Assembly: GCA_965204535.1 (NCBI GenBank) | Contig: OZ241996.1 | Span: 416,001-480,000 of the forward strand | Length of the DNA: 64,000 nucleotides | Direction of reading: 5' to 3' | Origin: a bacterium | Lineage (GTDB): Bacteria; UBA8248 | Part shown: positions 59,666 through 64,000 of the stretch, piece by piece | How positions within the stretch are numbered: the stretch's first letter is position 1 | Layout of the letters: each line of letters starts with the position of its first letter | Position numbers and translations under genes: made by a program | Notes under the pieces: generated by a model | The model's input: the letters and a program-made list of their open reading frames with translations, nothing else | The model's database searches: none | What the model was told of the DNA's origin: nothing

Positions 59666-61351
59666 ATGCCTTTTGAAGTCGGCGCGCCCGCGCATGCGGG
59701 CCAGATTGTCGTAGACGCGCTCGTCAGGGAAAACGTCAGGAGGCTCTATTGCCTTCCCGGCTCCCATCTTCTCCAGTTCTACGATGCGCTGAGAGTTGCC
59801 CCTTCCATCGGCCTCGTCACCTGCAAGCAGGAGCCGAACGCCTCCCTGATGGCCGACGCCTACGGGCGGCTCACCGGGGAGCCCGGCGTGTGCCTGCTCA
59901 CGGCGGGGCCGGGCGGCGCGAACTCCATTGCGGGCGTGGCCCAGGCATTCGGGGCGGCGTCGCCGATGGTGCACATCACGGGTTCCGTACCGCTCGATGC
60001 GTCTCGCGAGGCGTTCCACGGGGTGGACGATCCCGACTTTCTGGTCGAGATGTTCCAGAAGGTTACCAAGTGGAGTGTTCGCGTGAAGAGCATCGAGGAG
60101 ATATCGGGCGTCATGGCGAAAGCGTTTCACGTCGCCAGGAGCGGGCGGCCGGGGCCGGTTCACGTCGAGATACCGAGGCTCAGCGACTACAGCCCCCATC
60201 TGTTGCAGGATGCCCCCATCGCGCTGCCCGAATACGAGCCGCAGCCGGCGCAGGTCGTCGCCCCCCATGCGGAGGACGTCGCCCAGTACGCGCGCAGGTT
60301 GCTGGCCGCGGAATACCCCGTCATCTGCGCGGGCAAGGGGGTGATGCGAAAAGGCGCTATGGAAGAACTCTCGCGCCTCGCCGATAAGTTCTCGATTCCC
60401 GTCATCTACCCCCAGGATGCGATGGGCGTCATCGCAGAGGACCACCCCCTGGCGGTGGGGCATTACTTCGCCTTCAGGAACACAGGCTTCATGGACGGCG
60501 TCACCGGGAAGTGCGACCTGATGATGTTCATCGGCCTGAGAGCTGCCACGGCGGAGGTCGAGCACATCGAACCCTATGCGCCAGCAGAGCGGATATTCAT
60601 CGGCTTCGACGATGCGGAGGATGCGCACTACGGCGGTGCGGACGAGATAGTCGCAGACCCCAAAATGTTCCTGAGCGCTCTTGAAGAGCATCTGGCGGAA
60701 GAGAGCGGACGGGCGGGAGACGAAGTGAGGGAGCAGATCGCGGAGGGGAAGGCGGATTTGAGGAGGCAGGCCCTGGAGGTTATCGAGGGCCATGAGAGCG
60801 AGACGCCGATCCATCCGGCGCTCTTGATGGAGGCGCTGAGCCGCCACATCAAGCCGGACGCCATCGTCGTCAGCGACGTGGGGAACTGCCAGATGTTCGC
60901 GCGCTACTACGTGCCGCTCACGAACCAGTTCTCCTTCATGCAGTCGGGCGTGTGGAACGCCATGTCCTTCGCGCTGCCCACGGCCATCGTCGCCAAGATG
61001 GAATACCCCGGGCGCGACGTCATCGGCCTGGTGGGAGACGGCGCGTTCCTGATGACGATCGGCGATTTCGTGACGGCGAGCGAATACGGCGCGAACATCG
61101 TGATGATCGTCCTGAACGACGGCTCCTACGGCCAGATCGACCGCCAGCAGCAAAACCTCTACGGCGCGGCCTACGGCTGCGATTTCAAGAGCCCCAATTT
61201 CGCCGAGATGGCGCGCTCGTTCGACGCGTTCGGCGTGCGGGTGGAAGACCCCGCCGACCTCGACGACGCTATCGAGGCGGCGCTCTCCGCGGGCAAGCCG
61301 GCCATCGTGGAAGTCATGACGCGCGAGCAGCCCCTGCCGAAGATTTCATGA
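59666..61351 (+). CDS. Thiamine pyrophosphate-dependent enzyme (acetolactate synthase-like)
   Basis: MADAYGRLTG, AGPGGAN, RPGPVHVEIP and GDGAF...NDG TPP motif. Confidence 0.88.
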   Translation: MPFEVGAPAHAGQIVVDALVRENVRRLYCLPGSHLLQFYDALRVAPSIGLVTCKQEPNASLMADAYGRLTGEPGVCLLTAGPGGANSIAGVAQAFGAASPMVHITGSVPLDASREAFHGVDDPDFLVEMFQKVTKWSVRVKSIEEISGVMAKAFHVARSGRPGPVHVEIPRLSDYSPHLLQDAPIALPEYEPQPAQVVAPHAEDVAQYARRLLAAEYPVICAGKGVMRKGAMEELSRLADKFSIPVIYPQDAMGVIAEDHPLAVGHYFAFRNTGFMDGVTGKCDLMMFIGLRAATAEVEHIEPYAPAERIFIGFDDAEDAHYGGADEIVADPKMFLSALEEHLAEESGRAGDEVREQIAEGKADLRRQALEVIEGHESETPIHPALLMEALSRHIKPDAIVVSDVGNCQMFARYYVPLTNQFSFMQSGVWNAMSFALPTAIVAKMEYPGRDVIGLVGDGAFLMTIGDFVTASEYGANIVMIVLNDGSYGQIDRQQQNLYGAAYGCDFKSPNFAEMARSFDAFGVRVEDPADLDDAIEAALSAGKPAIVEVMTREQPLPKIS

Positions 61352-61636
61352 GGGGGCTGTTGAAAAAGCCCATGAGAGGGGAATGGCAACCCTCTGAAAG
61401 GGAAACCCCATAAAACCAACCCCCCCTACCCCCCCTTGTCAGGGGGGCAAGAAAAAGCAAAACCCCCTCTACCCGGCGGCTGGTATGAAAAAGCCAAACC
61501 CCTGGCCGGCGGCGGGCGTCGTCTTTTTTCATATCCCCCACTTGCCGGGGCGTCGGCCTTTTTTACCCCCCTGTCAAGGGGGGGTAGGGGGGGCCTTTGT
61601 CCCCCGGCGAGAAGGGCTTTTTCAACAACCCCATAA
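61349..61636. mobile_element. MITE-like element E, inserted at the upstream gene's TGA stop
   Basis: TGA-GGGGGCTGTTGAAAAA ... TTTTTCAACAACCCCA-TAA; left arm shared with element A; CCCCCTAC doublet. Confidence 0.78.
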
Positions 61637-61751
61637 CGGGACAGTTCGGGCGGATTCGCGAATGTATGGGGTTTCCGTGCGCAGTGATAGTTATTGAGCT
61701 GCATCTTGTTTGAGACCAATCATAACCACCCAATCATCGAGGAGTCTTCTC

Positions 61752-62534
61752 ATGGACATTCGTCTGGACGGAAAAAAAGCGCTCATCACGGGCGGCAGCC
61801 GTGGCATGGGCCGGGGCATGGCGCTCAAGTTTTCTGAATCGGGGGCCGAGGTGGCCATCGTCGCGCGGCGGCCCGACGTGCTCGAAGAAACGAGGGCGGA
61901 GATCGAAGCCGCCACCGGGGGCAGGGTGTTCGCCTACTCGTGCGATATGGGCGACGCCGAGGCGATCAAGGCCATGTGGGCCGCGGCGCTCGATGATCTG
62001 GGCCAAATCGATATCCTGGTCAACAACGCGGGCACCTCCACCCGGGGGCCGTTCGAGGAGATAAGCGACGAGATGTGGGAGGAGGATCTGGGCTTGAAAC
62101 TCTTCGGCGCCATCAGGACCTGCCGCCTCGCTTTCCCCGCCATGAAGGAGCGCCGCTGGGGCCGCATCATCAACGTCGTGACCGTGGCGGGAAAAGCGCC
62201 GCCCGCGGCCAGCGCGCCGACTTCCGTCTCGCGCGCCGCGGGCATGGCGATGACCAAGGTGCTGGCGGGCGAGGGAGCTCCCCATAACGTGCTGGTGAAC
62301 GCGCTGTGCACGGGCCGCATCGTGACGGATCAGATCGCGCGGCGCTATGAGCGGGAGGAGCCTGACGTTTCTTTCGAGGAATACGTCGCCGAAGCGGGGC
62401 GCGACATTCCGCTCGGCCGGATGGGAACGGCCGAGGAATACGCCAACATGGCGTGTTTCCTCGCGTCCGACGCCGCCTCCTACATCACCGGGACGGCGGT
62501 GAACATCGACGGGGGATTCTGCCCTGTCGTGTAG
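61752..62534 (+). CDS. Short-chain dehydrogenase/reductase
   Basis: TGGSRGMG, LVNNAG and YITGTAVNIDGG; atypical catalytic motif (TSVSR in place of YxxxK). Confidence 0.88.
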   Translation: MDIRLDGKKALITGGSRGMGRGMALKFSESGAEVAIVARRPDVLEETRAEIEAATGGRVFAYSCDMGDAEAIKAMWAAALDDLGQIDILVNNAGTSTRGPFEEISDEMWEEDLGLKLFGAIRTCRLAFPAMKERRWGRIINVVTVAGKAPPAASAPTSVSRAAGMAMTKVLAGEGAPHNVLVNALCTGRIVTDQIARRYEREEPDVSFEEYVAEAGRDIPLGRMGTAEEYANMACFLASDAASYITGTAVNIDGGFCPVV

Positions 62535-62536
62535 AC

Positions 62537-63256
62537 TCAGGAATACGGACACACAGCCCGTAGCGGACACTCTTCGCATTTGGGCTTCGGGCGGCAGAAG
62601 GTGTGGCCCAGGCGCACGAGGAGGGCGTGGTATTCGTTGAAAAGGGGGGCGTCGCGGGGCAGGTGCGCCGTGAGGCTCTCCTGCAGGGCAAGGTAGTCCT
62701 TATCCCCGTTTTTCGACGCCTCGAAATGGCCGAGCCGGGAGAAGATGCGCTTCGTATAGGCGTCCACCACGAAAACGGGCCTCTCCGCCGCGTAGAGCGT
62801 GATGGAATCGGCCGTCTCGCGCCCCACGCCGTCCAGGCCCATCAGTTCCTCGTGCAACTCTTCCGTCGGCAGGCTTAATAAATTGTCCACGTCTCCCCCA
62901 TAGTGTTTCGAGAGGTAGGCGATGAACCCTTTGATTCTTTTGGCCTTCATGTTGAAAAACCGGGCGGGCCGGATGAGGCGGGCGAGGCGGTCTCCCCGCA
63001 CTTTCTTGAGCGCGTCCTCCGTCAAGAGGCCCTCTTTTTTCAAGTTTTCGATCGCGCGCGCCGCGTTCGCCCACGAGGTGTTCTGGACCAGAATGGCGCC
63101 CAGGCAGATTTCGAGCGTCGTCTCGCCGGGCCACCAGTCCTGCGGGCCGAATCGCTCATAGAGGCGCTCGTAGATATCCATCAGGCGCTTCCGGCTGAGG
63201 CCCGAAACTTGAACTTCTCGTTTTTCCCCGTTCATACTCGCCTCGGCTATCCCCAT
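62537..63256 (-). CDS. Endonuclease III-related HhH-GPD protein
   Basis: WWPGET, GAILVQNTSW, GVGRETAD, VVDAY and C-X6-C-X2-C-X5-C Fe-S motif. Confidence 0.88.
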   Translation of the reverse strand: MGIAEASMNGEKREVQVSGLSRKRLMDIYERLYERFGPQDWWPGETTLEICLGAILVQNTSWANAARAIENLKKEGLLTEDALKKVRGDRLARLIRPARFFNMKAKRIKGFIAYLSKHYGGDVDNLLSLPTEELHEELMGLDGVGRETADSITLYAAERPVFVVDAYTKRIFSRLGHFEASKNGDKDYLALQESLTAHLPRDAPLFNEYHALLVRLGHTFCRPKPKCEECPLRAVCPYS

Positions 63257-63333
63257 GGTGTAGATTCCTACTCTTATATAGCCAGACTGCCTAGCGCAAT
63301 CATGTATTCACAACTCCGTGTAAGGGACGTTCA

Positions 63334-64000
63334 GTGCGAAAAGGCGCGAAAATTCTCGTAGGCGACTGCGCCGGCGTGAAAGAAGGCGAGGACGTGCTCA
63401 TCGTCACAGACGACGAGCGTCTCCCCATCGCGCAGGCGCTTTGCGCTGAGGCGGGAGACTTGGGCGCTCGGGCCACGATGGCCGTATGCCCGCCCCGGAG
63501 CATCGACAACGAGGAGCCTCCGCGCGCCGTGGCCGAGGCGATGCGGGCGTCCGACGTGGTTTTCCTGCCCGTCACCCACGCCTTGGCCCATACGCGGGCG
63601 ACGCGGGAGGCGATAGGCGCGGGCGCGCGCGTGCTCTCGATGACGGCGTTCACGCCCGGCCAGATGGAGTCCGGCGGCCTGATGGCGGATTTCAGGGCGA
63701 GAAAGCCGCTTTGCGACGCTTTGGCGGCGCGCCTGAGCGAGGCGCGCGAGGTGCGCGTCACCAATCCGGCGGGCACCGAACTCACGTTCTCCCTTGAAGG
63801 ACGCGCGGGCAACAGCCACGCCTGCGTGCTCGACGGGCCGGGCTTCACCGCCGTTCCCAACATCGAGGCCAACACATCGCCTCTGGACGGGACGACGAGC
63901 GGCACGCTCGTGGTGGACGGCAGCATCCCCTATTACGGGGTGGGGGTGGTCGAGGAGCCTGTGACTTTCCGGATCGAGGAGGGTTTCGTGCGGGAGATAA
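63334..64000 (+). CDS. M29-like aminopeptidase/NicX-related metalloprotein (3'-truncated by window edge)
   Basis: GTG start; GAKILVGDCAGVKEGEDVLIVTD, EEPP, VTNPAGTEL and GTLVVDGS; frame open to the window end. Confidence 0.75.
   Translation, partial: MRKGAKILVGDCAGVKEGEDVLIVTDDERLPIAQALCAEAGDLGARATMAVCPPRSIDNEEPPRAVAEAMRASDVVFLPVTHALAHTRATREAIGAGARVLSMTAFTPGQMESGGLMADFRARKPLCDALAARLSEAREVRVTNPAGTELTFSLEGRAGNSHACVLDGPGFTAVPNIEANTSPLDGTTSGTLVVDGSIPYYGVGVVEEPVTFRIEEGFVREI

Overview
Gram-negative bacterial chromosome window with no rRNA, CRISPR array or transposase. The left half (1-34 kb) is housekeeping. It holds a lipid A/LPS cluster (GnnA-like, lpxI, lpxB, DUF374, waaA, lpxK, lptFG, waaF, gmhB, hldA, waaC, GT2, msbA, O-antigen ligase) containing two gene remnants, followed by a D,D-carboxypeptidase, dapA, an ABC transporter, an aquaporin, an OsmC-like gene with in-frame UGA plus a SECIS-like hairpin (probable selenoprotein) and a TcuA-like flavoprotein. 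The right half (34-64 kb) is accessory. It holds a tandem-duplicated unknown protein, an MmeI-type restriction-modification gene broken by one TAG, a DUF4238 gene, a PemIK/MazEF pair, a five-gene Nap-like molybdoenzyme module lacking napB/C/D with an unusual NapH fusion, tRNA-Val(TAC), a hollowed TacAT pair, a catabolic gene run and a His/Met heptad protein. At least six MITE-like elements in this half share terminal repeats (TGTTGAAAAA...TTTTCAACA) and carry different REP-like palindromes as cargo. All calls come from reading motifs by eye; no database searches were run.
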